A stretch of DNA of 64,000 nucleotides, taken from the NCBI GenBank assembly GCA_028534125.1, contig CM052832.1, positions 13,332,001-13,396,000 on the forward strand. The letters are read 5' to 3'. Every line of letters starts with the position of its first letter. Position 1 is the first letter of the stretch. A program made the position numbers and the translations under genes. The DNA comes from Lama glama. Taxonomy: Eukaryota. Positions 38,628 through 51,819 of this stretch are shown here, piece after piece. Below the pieces are notes generated by a model. That model searched no databases. It was not told where the DNA came from and was given only the letters and a program-made list of their open reading frames with translations.

Positions 38628-38879
38628 TATAACAGATCAAATCTGTAGATGTTACATAAGAGTTTCGGCTCTGGACAGAGATGTAGTGATCTGAACACTG
38701 GTGAAAGATTTGATGACATTAAGGAATTATGATTAATTTTAAATGATTTTTAAAGTCCCTGATGTTTTAGAGATATATGCTGAGACACGTACATATGAAA
38801 TGATGTGTGCTAGATTTGCTTCAAAATAATATGGGGGTGGGGAAGTGGATTAGTGGTAAAGATAAAACAAGATTGAGCT

Positions 38880-39015
38880 TTGTGGTAGCTCATAGTGGAA
38901 AAAAAATGTGACAATGAATATATGCATGTTCATGTATAACTGAAAAATTGTGCTTTACACTGGAATTTGGCATAACATTGTAAAATGACTATAACTCAAT
39001 AAAAAATGTTAAAAA
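38880..39015 (+). mobile_element. Young 5'-truncated L1 3' end with exact 16-nt TSD aaaacaagattgagct
   Basis: TSD at 38864-38879 and 39016-39031; acattgtaaaatgactataactcaataaaaaa tail. Confidence 0.8.
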
Positions 39016-40281
39016 AAAACAAGATTGAGCTGCGAATTGTTAAAGCTGGGTAATGAGTACATGGGATACGTTATACTCTCCTATCTACTTTTTCAATATA
39101 TTTGAAATTTTCCATAATTAAAAAGTCCAAAGAAAAAAGAATAGAAAAGAAAAGGAGAGAAGTCACAAGAGGAGAGCTGGAAGAGAAAGAGAAAAATAAT
39201 TATGCTGTTGCTGATGTGATAATAGTGTAGCATTTTATAGAACATTTACATTCAGTAATTCAGAAGAGAGAGGCTAACTGCTTACTTCTTCCTAAACCTC
39301 TTCCCAGCTGTAAGATCCCTTCCTGTCTTGAGACTGAAGCCAGCCTGACACTTAGAAGACAATAAATCTTCATCAAAAATGAGCATGAAGCGCTCATTCC
39401 CAGCCTTCCCGACACGTGCCCAGAGGCTGCTGCAAAAGTCCTAGCCTTGGTCGTAGAGCAGAGAGAGGTCGAGACGTAGGGACCCCTAGAACTGCACCCC
39501 TAGAACTGCACCCCTTGCTCCTGGTCTCTTCTCAGCTTTCCCTAGCATGTCCTGATTGCTGCCGATTGCTTGCTACACACTTAAGAATTTAAATAACAAA
39601 TATACCCAGATAAAGCTTTATTCTCCAGATAAAATTCTGTAGCTTGTTTCACAAGCATTTATTGTTTATTTTTGTTTTAAATTTTAAGGTGCAGGGCCAG
39701 CAAATGGGATTATAAACTGTTCATTTTATGAACTATAACTTGTTCATTTCAGGTTATAGTTTATAGCTCCATTCAGGTTATACTCCTCATTTACCAAGTT
39801 TAGTCCTTTTAAGTGTGTCACAGAATCAGAAAGGTTGGGAAACATTTAATCAGCAAAGAGGAATTATGTGTCTAAGTAAACTGGCAAAGCTGGTGGCCAT
39901 TTAGTGGGTTTTAAGAGGATTCATAGCTATTCTTAACCCTCCCTCCCCTCCAAAAAAAACCCCTATAAAAACCCACATAGGTTACAGGACAATGCAGGCA
40001 TAATTCATTTTTTCAAATATATATGTGTGTGTTTGTGTATGCACCTATATACACATACACAGATATATATATGTATATACACACGTATATAGACACAGAA
40101 ATAAGTAGGAAAGGTTATATACCAAAATAATAACATTTACCTCTAGAAATGAGAAAAAAGATTTCTCTTTTTTTGGCTGTTTCTCTGTATGGTCTAATCT
40201 TTTATAGTTATATTTAATGAAAATTAATAAGAATTTTACTGAAGAGCCAAAATACCTAAAATGTAACCTGGGTTTGAAACA

Positions 40282-40389
40282 TTTTTCTTTCTTTCTTTCT
40301 TTTTTTTTTTAATGGAGGTACTGGGGGTTGAACCCAAGACCTCATGCATGCTAAGCATGTGCTCTACCACTTGAGCTATCCCCTCCCCC
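40282..40389 (-). mobile_element. tRNA-derived SINE, Vic-1 type (camelid)
   Basis: Reverse complement of GGGGAGGGGATAGCTCAAGTGGTAGAGCACATGCTTAGCATGCATGAGG...GGTTCAACCCCCAGTACCTCCATTAAAA; A/B boxes and A tail. Confidence 0.85.
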
Positions 40390-41509
40390 ACTAAAACTCT
40401 CATTTTAAATTGGTCCACAGTTATTTTCCAATAACTATCAATTAATTATCTGATTTCTCTTAACCTAAGGATATCAAATAACAACTGAAGCCTGTGGCAT
40501 TTGAGTAATTCTATTTCCCTGACATCCCTGCCCCCCCACCCCACCCTTTCACCACATGCAGCAACTCCCTGCCCAACAGGTAGAATAATTTTAACCATCT
40601 GGTTTTCTCTGGAATTTACTTTATTTATAACATATAACTGTAGCACTTAAAACAAGTGGAAACTGGGATAGAAGCTAAGTTATTTGCCCAAGGTCACACA
40701 GCTTGTAAGGGATAGAGATGGGATTCAAATCCCAAGTCTGGTTCTAAAGCCTGGTGATAACTAAAGGAGTGGAGAAAGCAACAATGCTCAGAAATTGTGG
40801 CCATTTGGAAAGGGTGCCTTTGGAGTCTCTGGGGGAGTGAGTGAGGTTTTTTTCGGCTCCCCACGTTCCTCTGGGAACCCCAAGGAACAACATGTTACAT
40901 GAACAGTTGTCCTTCCCCTGCTGTGCCTGGCCATGGAGGCAGCTGAGTTCCTGAGTCTCCTTTTCTGATTTCAGCTCCACCCTCTTCCTGCCTTGGTGGT
41001 GCCTCAACGTCAATGCCTGCCTCAGTGTATTACCTTATTTGGTTCTCAGACCCACAATGAGGTCTGGAAAAGGATCCAGGCCAGAATGAAAGGATTGCTT
41101 GTGCAGCCAAGGGGTGAGAAATCTTTATTTCGGTGACCTTGGCTTGCACTCTGGATGTCACAAGCACAGGGAAGCAAGCTTGGCCTCAAAAACAACTACA
41201 AGAAACAACTGAAGAAGGCAGAGTGGAAGTGCCAGTGTCACAATTTTTAGTGTGTGCTTAACTCTGTGTTCTGAAAGAGGTTTCTATTTATTCAGCTCCC
41301 CCATGTCTGTCTTTCTTTCCTCTTTCTAAGTTCCTAGAGTTTACACACCAATGCAAAGAAATTCAAGCCCAGAAAGTCTAAAAAGTTTACGTAGCTGGTG
41401 CCTTGGTTGTCATAATTTAGCACATGCTTATATATAGCATGAATAATCTTTTAAACTTGGTTCAGAGAGTCTCTCTCTCTCAGTCTCTTCTCTCTCGTCT
41501 AATTTTTGA

Positions 41510-41949
41510 AACTCTGTTGTGTTGGTTTCTGGTGTACAGCATAGTGATTCAGTTATACATATATATATATCTTTTTCATTTCTTTCTCATTATAGGCTAT
41601 TACAAGATACTGAATATAGTTCCCTGTTGTAAACAGTAGGACTTTGTTGTTTATCTATTTTATATGTAGTAGTTAGTATCTGCAAATCCTGAACTCCTAA
41701 TTTATCTCTCCCCTTCCCTCCTGGTAACCATAAGTTTGTTTTCTATGTCTGTGAGTCTGTTTCTGTTTTGTAAATAAGTTCATTTGTGCCAATTTTTTTA
41801 GGTTCCACATATAAGTGATATCATGTGATATCTTTGTCTGACTTACTTCACTTAGTATGATAACCTCTAGGTCCATCCATGTTGCTGCAAATGGCATTAT
41901 TTCATTCTTTTTTATGGTTGAGTAGTATTCCTTTGTGTGTGTGTGTATT

Positions 41950-42003
<54 letters not shown>

Positions 42004-42120
42004 CAGATATAAATATAGATACAGATATACCACAACTTTTTTTTCCAATCATCTGTTGATGGACATTTAGATTGCTTCCATGTCTTGGCTGTTGTAAATA
42101 GTGCTGCTATGAACATTGAG
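41510..42120 (-). mobile_element. L1 3' end containing a (GATA)n tract
   Basis: ORF 41697 MPFAATWMDLEVIILSEVSQ is a typical L1 3' signature. Confidence 0.9.
41950..42003. repeat. (GATA)n microsatellite
   Basis: Direct reading. Confidence 0.95.
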
Positions 42121-44289
42121 CCACAAGAGTTTAAGTCACTTGCTGAAGGTCTCAGAATTCAGAATTACCAAAGCCAGGGTTGACCCCTGCAGTCAGGATG
42201 CTGACCACAGGCCATACTACTTCTGAGGTCCCCCAGGTAGCTGGAGGCCTCTGTCTTACTTGTCCTGTTATATTTCAACCTGTTGAGCCTTCCTCTTACA
42301 TTTTTATCTTTTCCCTTCTGGTTTTGCAAGTTCCCAAGTCTTTGGCTCCTCCTTCTCAATGCCCTTCAGAGTTCTGTTTCCTCCGCTGCTTCCCTCCTGG
42401 TCTCTTCCTGGTTCCCTGTATGTCTCTGTCCATAAGGGACCTCATCTACTTTCAGGACTTAAGTTCTTTGCTTTATCTGTGCAAGGGTGATTATTCCTTC
42501 ATGCCTGAACCATACATTGAATACACATGCTTCTTTCTTATGTCCCCAGCGGACTTCAGACCTCCAAAATACTAACTCTCCATCCTGTGCCCCACATCTG
42601 AGTCTCACTGCTTCCCGGCTGCTCTTGACTGACCCCTCACAGCCTGCATACTGGCCCTGCCTACCTCCTAGTCATCTTATCTTTCCTTTTCAGAAAGAAG
42701 CTGTGTACCTCTGCATTCAGTCTCCTTTGCCCGGTATGCCCTAGCCTGAGTTTTTTAAACTTTCAACCTTAGTAGTAAGAAATACTTCATGTGACATCAC
42801 AAACCAGTACCTGCCCAATACATGACACAAGGGTAGGCAGCATCTAGACTGTCTCAACAGTGTTGACAACACTATGTTCATGTTCAAGTTAGAATATAGA
42901 TGCCAGGTCACACTGATGAGAATTCCAACCCAGTTTGTGTCCACACCCAGGGGAGTTGTTCAAAATCTTTAACCATGGTTCGGTCTGGACCCTAGCTAAT
43001 CAAAACAATCATGGGAGGGTGATGAGAGAAGAGACTGGGTGCTAGGGTGGGAGGAAGATGGGCACTAGGGTGTGGGTGGGGGTTGCAGAGCAGCAGCTAT
43101 TTACCAAAGAGCACAGATGTTTTTGACTATTTTAACAACTGCTATCTCTGTTCCAGAGCCTTTCAGCTGAATACCACTCTGTCTACCCCTTAGCTTCCAT
43201 GTCCTGTACTGACTCCACCATCTAAACCTGTTGTCAGCCTCCTGGCTTTTCTGCTACTTGCTACTTTCTGCCCCTTCCTTGCTTGGAAAAGAGCCCAGGA
43301 ATCAGCCCTAAGTAATTCTAACTTCTGAAAGAAAAGCAGTCTGCTCAGAAAGAAGTCAAAGAGGGGGCTTTCATGACAAAGGAAAGTATTCCAGGCCTGT
43401 TGGGCCACAGTGTTCAACTTCCACCTCATACCAGCAAGTGCTGGGAAGGACAACAGCCTGTGAGACACTCAGGTAATGACCCTGATGACACAGAGGTAGT
43501 TAATGATGGGGAGATGAGATGTTTCTCAATAGACTCTGACCACGTTACTAGGAAGCTGGGGCCCAGTATAGGCATACTGTGACAAGTCTTCAAAGTACCT
43601 TGGCAACCGAGACTTTTATTTTAGAGGCCAACTCTTATCAGGATTCTTGATCATTGGGTGAGATTGAGACCTTGAGCAATTTCCTTGAGCTCTTTGGAGT
43701 CTCATAGTCATAGCTTTCATATTGCAAAATGACTTACCTGAATCAAAAAGTATGTAGGTACTAAAACAACTCTTTGTTTTGAAAATTGGCAATTAAAGGA
43801 AAGGAATTAAACATGTAACCTTCTTTCTAATGGTAACTATATTTAGGATAATTACATAATCTCAGTTTATGAGAGAAAGCTCTATTTTACTGAAGAATGA
43901 CAGCTAATCAATATAGAAACAGTAAATCAGTATTTTGCAAGCTCTAATGAAATTAATTCAGGCAAGTATTGTCAACTGGTGTTAAAATCATTAGGTAATC
44001 CACACATTAGAAAGGCTAAAATGAAAAAGCCTGACCATACTAAATATTGGTGAGGATGTGGAATTGGAACTCTCATACCATGCTGATGGGAATTTAAAAT
44101 GTACAATGACTTTGGAAAACAGTTTGGTATTTTCTTTAAAAGTTAAACATATACCCACCATATGACCCAGCCATTTCACTCCTAGGTATTTACCTAAGAA
44201 AAATGAAAGCATATGTTCATACAAAGATTTATACATGAATGTTCACAGCAACTTTCTTTGTATTAGACCAGAAAGGCTCTTTGAAGAGA

Positions 44290-45645
44290 TTAAGGGTGTG
44301 ACTCATAGATCCCCTCAGTCATTTCAACAAAAGAAAGAGATGGGATTATCCAGAAAGATAAGTAGAGGAGCTTCTTGTCTACTGGAGTAAATCCCCATGA
44401 CATGCATAGGAGACCCACAAAGCTCTTGAGAATTTTGTACCAACAGAAACATTGACAGCTTGAACTGAAAGGGACAAAAAGCGATAAAATGAAAGAAGTC
44501 TGTTGTATAACCAAAGTTCTACAGATAGGAATCAGGCTGATAACATTACTCAGCTGTAAACATGTGCACCTTTTATGAAAAAGGAAGGATGATGGGGTGG
44601 GTGTAGTTCAGTGGTAGAGTGCTAAGTGTGCATGAGTTCCTGGGTTTTATCCCCACTACATTCATTTAAAGAAAAAAAAAAGAATGAAAAGGAAGGATGA
44701 CTCAGAGCATGGATCTTCAAATTCAGAGAACAGAGCTGAGAGCCATGGAGAATTATTCCCAGGCCTTGAAACCTAATGGAGTTGACAAGTCTGGATTTTG
44801 AAATTTCTTGAGACCAATGATTCCTTTTTTCCTTCTTTTTTTTTTTTTCCTTTTTAAATGGGAACATCTATAACTGTTATCCTATGTCAGCCCCACCATT
44901 ATCTTTTGGGAAGAGAAAACTTATTTTCCAATTTCATAGTCCCACAGATAGAGAAGAATTTTGCCCCAGGATGGATTATATCCAAAACCTCAAGCATATC
45001 TAATTTAGATGATTTTAATGATGAGATTTAGATGAGATTTTGGACTTTGAGTTGATGCTTTAATGGGTTGATACTTTGGGGGACCTTGGAATGGGGTGGG
45101 TATGTTTGGCATATGAGATGGACATAAATCTTTGAGGATCAAAGAGTGGATTGTGGTAGGAAGAATAATGGCTACCAAAGATGTCCACATTCTCATACCT
45201 GGAAGTTATGAATATGAATGTTACATGGCAAAATGGACTTAAGATTGAGAATCAGGTGACCTTAAAATGGGGAGATTATCCCGGATAATCTCCCTGAGTG
45301 GGTCCTATGTAATCACAAGGGCCATTAAAAATGGAAGCAAGAGTCAGATTACAAAGAATGGTCAGAGAGAGATGATTACGAAGAATGGTCAGAGAGAAAC
45401 CATGTTGGACAAAGGGGACCATGGGCCAAGGACTGTGGGCAGCTTCTAGAAGCTGGGGAAGGCAAGGAAATGGATTCTCCCTTAGCGCTTCCACATAGGA
45501 ACACAGCCCTACTGACACCCTGATTTAAACCCAGTAGGACCAATATTGAACTTCTGACCTACAGAATTGTAAGACAATAAATTTTGTGTTGTTTTAAGCC
45601 ACTAAATTTGTAATAATTTATTACAGCAGCAATAGAAAATCAGTA
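44290..45645 (+). mobile_element. MaLR internal 3' region followed by MLT1D-like LTR (LTR from ~45152)
   Basis: tgtggtaggaagaataatggctaccaaagatgtccac...ttctgacctacagaattgtaagacaataaa...ttacagcagcaatagaaaa. Confidence 0.75.
44594..44684 (+). mobile_element. tRNA-derived SINE, Vic-1 type, with TSD (tgaaaa(a)ggaaggatga)
   Basis: A-box tagttcagtggtagag, A tail, flanking direct repeats; nested in MaLR internal sequence. Confidence 0.75.
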
Positions 45646-45769
45646 TGGTACCCTTTTAAAATGTGCCATTTATTGTATGTCAATTATACCTACACAAAGC
45701 AGCTAAAAATTGAATGAATGGTTGGTATAGAACTGGACACACAAATAGTGCCAATTAATACCACATTGG

Positions 45770-45930
45770 AGAGAGAGGAGTGTGTAGCTAAGTGGCAGAA
45801 CACATGCTTAGCATGCACAAGGTCCTGGGTTCAATCCCCAGTACCTCCATTAAAAATAAATAAATAAATGGACCTAACGACTTCCCCCCTGCCCCAATAC
45901 ACACACACACTCTGACACACACACATAAAA
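45770..45930 (+). mobile_element. tRNA-derived SINE, Vic-1 type, with TSD accacattg
   Basis: tagctaagtggcagaacacatgcttagcatgcacaaggtcctgggttcaatccccagtacctccattaaaaataaa. Confidence 0.8.
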
Positions 45931-48900
45931 ACCACATTGATTGACTTTTAGCCAAATTGGCAGTGAGGTTGATATAATCACATAATAGAAGAATTTGACT
46001 CTCATTCCCCTAAGACTGGTTGAATCTTAGCATCAGTAATGAGTCTAGATGTGAGGTGTCTTCTGATGATGTACTATGAATACACCACACTACTTAAGCT
46101 GTAGTCTAGCCAAAAATGTTTAAATTGAGTCTCTCATACCTTTAGATACAACTTTTAATTTACAGTAAATTCAGGGTGCAAGATAAACACTGGCACAAGG
46201 AAGTAGACAGACAAATCAGAAAATGGAACATTCTGCAGGACAGTTGGACTGGTCTCTCTGAAAGTCAAAGTCATGACAAAGACATTAAGGACCATAACAA
46301 CCAGATCAATGAACAGTCTTGGACCAATACTGCTTTCAACGAATGTGCTAAGGACATTTTGGGGAAATTTTGAATATAGCCTGGAGATTAGACAAAATGA
46401 AAGTTTACAAGAGTAGAAAGGAAGAGACTGTTTTCTGAAAAAATAGATTATAAAATAATATTAAAGATATGATTTTATTTAAGTTAAAATGTATGTGTAT
46501 AGAAAAAGATTCAGATTGCTATTCACTGAGATGTTAACAGTGGTCATCTCTGGTAATGGGATGATAATATGGCCTTATTTTTGCCTATTTGGATTTTCTA
46601 ACTTTCTACACGCACATGCATGATTTTATAATTACTGTTTTGTAAAGAATATTAGGATATCATGAGACAACAGATAACACGAAGTATTTGGACGACATTA
46701 AGCCCACCTGTGGCTACTCCCCAGGGGGCGCTATGATAATGAGTGATATTTACTGAGGGCTCACAAGCTGCCCCATATACTTTGTATTCACTTAGAGGTT
46801 TTCAGACTTTTTGGATGGTGACTCACAATAAGAAATACATTTTACAGAACAGTGCAGCACACTCATACATATACACAATGGAAACAGAGATTTCAGAAAA
46901 CAATTAACTGCCCTGACTGTGTGCAATGCATTCTGTTTTCTGTTAGATTGTATTCTGATTCTATTTGATTTTTTAAAAATGGTTAGCCCATTAAGTTGAT
47001 TTCAGGACCCACTAATGGATCATGATCTGCAATTTGGAAAACTCCTAACTCACTTAATTCATGTAAACACACACATGCATACACACACACTCCTATAAGG
47101 TAGAAACTGTTATTGAACCTGTTTTTCAGGAGAGGAAATTCTGACACAGAGAGGTTGAGTAACTTGCCCAAGCATGCACATCTACGGGTGAAGTGGGATA
47201 TTCTAACCCAGGGAGCCAACTCCAAAGCCTGTCCTTTGAACCACTCTTTCATAGGGCCTCTCCCATCCTGCTAGCCACGTGGTGATAAGTGAGTATCTGC
47301 TGGTAGATGTCCCTGATTCTCCAGAGGAGTGATTCAAGTACTGTCAGAACAGAGTGCTCTGTTAAGGTTATTGGAGTGTTCAAGGCTACAGCACATTTCA
47401 GGAGCAAAAGTATTTTTGGACTCATATTTCATGATGAACAGTAAGTAGTTCTGTGTGAAGAGTATAGCCTTCCAAGTCAGATAATTCTGGGTTCAGACAC
47501 TGGCTCCACACCAGGGACAGGCCAGATTTTGTGGGGACAAAAGTTTATGCAGTTTTGAAGGCTCTTCCAAAGGAGAAGAATCAAGTTTATGGATTCAGAA
47601 TTAGGTTTAGGGCTTTGAAAGAGGCCCATGTAAGAGAGGGCCCTGTGGCTTAAGCTTCCTTAGCTTCCTGTTTATTCGCCTTTTTATTTCTGACACTCAG
47701 TTTTCTAATTAGCCCTTTGTTTCTGACACTCTGTTTTCTAATCTCTGAAATAAGGGTGACAATTCCTGTTTCTCATGGATGCCAGAAGGTCAACCTCGCT
47801 GAAGAGCCTAGTACAATGTTCACTGAGTAAGTACTCAATCTGTGATTGTTAATAATAATGATGATGATTAGAAAATAGAATACTTCAATTAGAAACCAGT
47901 TTTTAAGCAAGATTTTGGAATAAAAACATCATACAGAGAAAAATTATTTTGTGAGTTCATTTAAGCCTCAGTTCTGCAACTCAGCTCTCCCTGGAGTCCA
48001 ATTATTTTGGTTTCTCCAAAGCTATCTCTCCAAAGGGAAGTCTAAGTAAGAATAAGAAAGCAGAACCTCCAAAAACAAAGGCATATTTAGAGAGAGGATC
48101 ATGGGAGAAAGTCAGCTGCTGGGGCCCCCAAAGGCCAGATATCTACCCTGTGGATGTCAATGAGAAAAAATATTTAACTGTTTTAAATCTTTCTCAATAA
48201 GCCAAAAAAGAGCATATTTCAAGATATATTTTGGTGTTGAGAGAGGAGGCAGGTGGACAGACTCTGTCCTGGTAGAGTCAAGTTTAATCACCTACAGGCA
48301 GACACTTCATGCTTGTTTTTCTGCTGTGTCCTGAGGGATTATAACAAAGCAAGAGGCCTCTGGAGTCGGCTTCCCGGCCTCTGGAGAAGGAATAGTATTT
48401 GCAGAAAAACATGGGGTCACTTTGCCTTCCTCTTGCATCTTATATTTGCCTCTCAGGGTTTGAGATTCTAAAAGAAGAAGGTATGTTAATATAGAGTTAC
48501 ACAAAAATATAACGGGCGTCTTTCTCAAATGAGTGGCTTCTCTTGGTTATTTGTGGGTTTTTTGTTTGGGGTGACTGTGTTGTGTCATTTAGGTAATAAA
48601 TGATAAGTGGGAATACGTGGGAAGAGAAAGGTCAAGAAATGGTGGGAGGTAATTAGATTAATTAGGTAATTAAAGGGAGATATGTGGGTGATTGTTATTA
48701 ACTTTCTTGCTAGCTACATTTGGGCACAAGTACATGTTTTATTTTTCTTAATATTTCCAAATGATTCATACCCTATGCAATTCAGCCAATCACAAGCTCT
48801 TCACATTTTCCCCCAGAAATTCCTCTGTGTAATGCTGAAGATGAAACAACTCTTCTTTTTCTACTCACTGGCAAAATGATGTTTTTCCTTCTGCCACATC

Positions 48901-49719
48901 TATTTTTTCTGCTAAGGAAACCAGGCAGTTCTGGATTCATCTATTGCCTTCAAACCCGTATTTCCCTCGATTCCTATCCACGGCACCATGTCAGGAGGCT
49001 ACTTTGGAATATTAACTGGTGGCTTTCGTCCCCAGGATTTCTTTCCTCCATGGCCTTACCCCGCATTCAGTGAACTAAATGTTTGTTATCTCAACTCAGA
49101 GAAGGGTGGGTTCAGCTAAAAGAGGAGTCTTTTCTTGGCTTTGGGAAACAAAGGACTCACATACAGAGACAATACTCAAGGCTTGCAAGAGTCTACTCTG
49201 TTTAGGGTCCCCAGACTGTGGAAAGAGTGGCTGGGGAGCTCAGAAGCTTATGTATTCCATACAAGGCCTGTGCTGTGCCTCGATGCCTGGATCAGGCCTT
49301 CTAGGGTGGAGTTAGGAATGGGGATGAGAGGAAGGCCCTGGTCACTGTTTTGGTGTCTTCAGTTGTTGGTTGTTAGGTAAAATTTCATACAGAGAGATCA
49401 TGTTGCCACTATTAGGCCACCCTCAGAGACTGCTGCTTTAATCATTTCCAATGATCATTTTGAACAGAGTCTGGAAAAACATAGGAAAAAAATTTAAATG
49501 TGTGAGGAGGATGAAGGGGAGCATTCGGGTTCCTTTAAACTAGCATCATGAGGACAGTGAGCTCTCGGTACCTTTCTGCCCTGGCAGTGTAGCAGGTGAT
49601 ATTCAGAAGCTGAAAGCCACCCTCCCCTGTGTCTTGCCACCACAGAAGTCCCTGGAAATTGGATATGACTCAGGGAAAAGCTGGGGGTGTAGAATGACCC
49701 TACATGTCTAATTGCAATC

Positions 49720-50940
49720 TGTGATAATTGCTACTCAGGCAAAGCACAGGAAGCCGTGGGGACTGGTCTGGGGGAACGGGGAAGGATGCCCTGAGCTGAG
49801 ACCTAATGAGTAAGTTAGACAAGGTGTTTGTGATGGTAAAAAGAAAATACAGTCCCTGGGCTGGCAATTACCTGGCAAGCCACCCAGAACCATTTATGAA
49901 ATACTGCTGCGAGGAAAACTGCAAGGAAAGGAGAAGAAGGGACTGGTCAGTAATCACAAATGCTGCAGAGAGGTCAAAGCAGCATAAGGACGGTTGGATT
50001 AAGGAATGTGTTGTGTTGACTTTGTTAAGAATAGTTTCAGCAGATTGTGGGAAGGAAGCAAAGTTACAGGAGCTGAAATGTGGGAGGCATAGAAATAAGT
50101 ATGGTAGAAGTAAACACAGATAAATCTTCGTGAAATTTGGCTGTGAGAGGAACAGTACAGGGCAGTAGCAGGAGCTGGATGCGGGGTCAAAGGAAAAGGC
50201 TTTCAGGTTAGGGAACCTTTGAATATGTGTAAATGTTATAGGAAGCAGCAACTAGAGAGAGCAGGTAAGGTGAGAGGATGGAGTGGGTGGACTCTCATTG
50301 GCAAAAGGCCCCTGAGCAACCAGGAAGTGAAAGGAGCCTAACTCAGGTAGGAAACTGGCCTAAATAGGAGGGGAAAAGGCTGGAGAAGTCTGTGGATTTG
50401 GTGGCAGAAGGTGAGGGAGCTGTCCAATGGCCTCTGTGAAGTCAGAGGGGAAAGGATCTGTTAATTGGGGCGAGCTGGTAGGCAGGAAGGGTTGGTAAAA
50501 TCAAAGAACAGAAGAAGGTAGAAGAGATTTGAAATAGCTAGTAGCCGTAGACTGGGTACAAATTTAGATGTGTGGGAAAAACCTTCTACCTCAAGGACCT
50601 TTATTTCTGTTTTGAGCTCTCCTTCCTATAGGTGGCTGAGGCTTCATCTCAGTCCGTTCATGGGTCTGGAGCTCAGAAAACCAATATGGGCTGAAATCAT
50701 CAATTTGGGGTTCATCAGAACAGTTTGTGTCTGGAGTCCCAGGAGCCACTGACATGCCTTGGGGAGAGAGAAGAGGACAGAGCCAGACTTGGGAAAACTC
50801 AGGCTCAGCAGAAGAAGAAGAATCAGCAAAGGAAACTCAGAAGGTAGGAAGAAAAGCAGGAGAATGTTATGTCACAGAACTAAGGGAAGTGAATATTTTA
50901 GGTAAGTGAAATAAAAGGTCAACTAGAATTACGATTATGA
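49720..50940. mobile_element. Degraded L2 fragments
   Basis: caaatgctgcagagaggtcaa; gggtctggagctcagaaaa...gggctgaaatcatcaatttggg. Confidence 0.55.
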
Positions 50941-50980
50941 AATATCGGTGGGTACCATGTCCTCTTTCTCTGAGTTGGGG

Positions 50981-50988
50981 CACACACA

Positions 50989-51022
<34 letters not shown>
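50981..51022. repeat. (CA)n microsatellite
   Basis: Direct reading. Confidence 0.95.
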
Positions 51023-51025
<3 letters not shown>

Positions 51026-51450
51026 CAGTGAAAAGATATAATCATAATAATACTCATATACCTACTATTTAGAGTACACAGTTCCTGCTTACATCATTTA
51101 ACCTATCATATATTCAATTCAATCACATTAACTGAGTGAGTATGACTATAGAGGAGTTTTATTGTTATGAGGCCAGAGCTGGGGACCACCCAGGATAAGA
51201 GCTGCTAGTGGTCATCAGGGGTTTGGTCAGAGCTGTGGAGAATGAGGCAGGTGTCAAAAGCTTGGTGCTTAAAAAAATTCTACATTAGCTTATTCAGCTT
51301 TCAGTAATGAGGAGCAGGTCGGAGAGAGAGAGAGAGAGAAAATCTTGTTCCAAAAATTGGAAGAGGGGAAGAACATTCAAAAAATCAGGATGATTAAGCT
51401 TTGAGGATCTTAAAGCAGTCTGAGATTCAATCTTAAGATTTAGGAGGTGA

Positions 51451-51819
51451 GGACTCTGTTCTTCACCACATCTTCTCACAAGATTTTCAGAGTCAAGTGA
51501 TTCCTGGCCAAGAAACAAAAGCAGAATCATTCCATTCCCCAGTGGATTCGGATGCAAACTAGTAATAAAATAAGGTACAACTCCAAGAGGAGACATTGGA
51601 GAAGAACCAAGCTGGGTCAATACGGAATTGCACATGAGATGGCGCACGTAATTCTACAGTATCAAGTCAGTTGCATCTTACTTTACCACTCTGAAAGCAT
51701 CGTTATCTGGACAGCTGGATTTTTTTTATTGAGAAAATGATTTTTCTCTTTGTTTCTATGTTTCTGTACTAGTAGGCTGAGACAGTAATTAATATGTGAG
51801 AACTTCCGTTGGAAAAAGA
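51451..51819 (+). pseudogene. RPL39: RPL39 processed pseudogene (former CDS 51468-51623)
   Basis: Translation [51 protein letters not shown] is collinear with RPL39 ([51 protein letters not shown]); intronless; start codon lost, TGA at 51498-51500; flanked by exact 18-nt direct repeat ttaagatttaggaggtga. Confidence 0.95.

Noticed and set aside
39482..39514. Short tandem duplications (14-mer here; also near 6261, 45347, 47686, 59712)
   Set aside because: Ordinary slippage duplications; not a regularly spaced repeat-spacer array
40320..40389. tRNA-like sequences here and at 44594, 45780, 57924
   Set aside because: No acceptor stem; A tails and TSDs identify them as SINE heads
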